In this document: positions 63,433 to 64,000 of the stretch, one piece after another
Position numbering within the stretch: the stretch's first letter is position 1
How the letters are laid out: each line of letters starts with the position of its first letter
NCBI RefSeq assembly: GCF_006345805.1
Contig: NC_043021.1
Coordinates: 12,214,001-12,278,000, forward strand
Length of the DNA stretch: 64,000 bases
Direction of reading: 5' to 3'
From: Octopus sinensis
Taxonomy: Eukaryota
Notes under the pieces: model-generated
The model's database searches: none
What the model was told of the DNA's origin: nothing
What the model saw: the letters and a program-made list of their open reading frames with translations, nothing else
Made by a program: the position numbers and the translations under genes

Positions 63433-63862
63433 GTATATAGACATATATACATACATATATATGTATGATATGTATATGTATATATACATAGAGACATGCA
63501 TACACACATGCATAACATCTCCAAATCATACACACACACACACACACATATGGATATATATATATATGCATGTATATATGTATGTATGTACATATGTTTG
63601 ATAGTTTGATAAGTGCCAATGCACGAAACTCTCAGCCCTTGAGTCACTCTGTTGCTTCTGCTAATTATTAATAAACACATACATATAGTCATATTTTGAG
63701 TTCTATTTTTGCTGTTTGCATCACCATACTTATATATATACATATACACACATATATATACATGTGTATACAAACACATATACACAATCATATGTATGTG
63801 AAAATGTGTGTGTATATATATATATACACACACATTTTCACATACATATATATATATATATA

Positions 63863-63897
<35 letters not shown>

Positions 63898-64000
63898 TTC
63901 ATGTGGGCATATAGTGTATATAATACATATAATGTATATTTTATATTTCCCTTGCCAAGTATTTGAATGTTTTGTATTTATGTTGCCCTTATGGTAAATA

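Overview
Eukaryotic, AT-rich, repeat-dominated DNA, inferred to be from an octopod cephalopod (mitochondrial ND1 insert read in the invertebrate mitochondrial code; octopus-type tRNA-derived SINEs). The one confidently supported gene is the 3' part of INO80B: six + strand coding exons (270-445, 976-1027, 2427-2527, 5207-5263, 6632-6750, 7663-7798) with GT-AG boundaries and compatible phases, encoding the PAPA-1-like region and C-terminal zf-HIT finger. Its last intron holds a frame-intact ~195 bp ND1 NUMT. A weak candidate exon of a second, minus-strand gene lies at ~35.3 kb. The rest is SINEs (at least four head types), RTE-like tails, mariner/Tc1 relics, MITEs, many kb of TA-type microsatellite, a ~981 bp tandem duplication and a 100-N gap. 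Two systems stand out. (1) A 4.1 kb Tx1/L1-clade LINE (38398-42517, minus) sits inside a SINE at a site reading N-GTATTTCG with a 47 bp target duplication. A SINE variant carrying a 3' tail homologous to the LINE tail occupies the same nucleotide in three SINE copies. A 20 bp tail-only insert with an 11 bp TSD sits at GGTA in a different SINE. Together these suggest a SINE-targeting LINE plus a hitch-hiking partner SINE. (2) Five loci carry type I hammerhead-ribozyme cores (best at 53153-53225). They are associated with ~90-130 bp-arm foldbacks and a ~428 bp direct repeat, resembling Penelope-like or retrozyme-like non-autonomous elements. All calls were made by eye without database searches; repeat boundaries are approximate (+/- ~10 bp) unless a junction is quoted.
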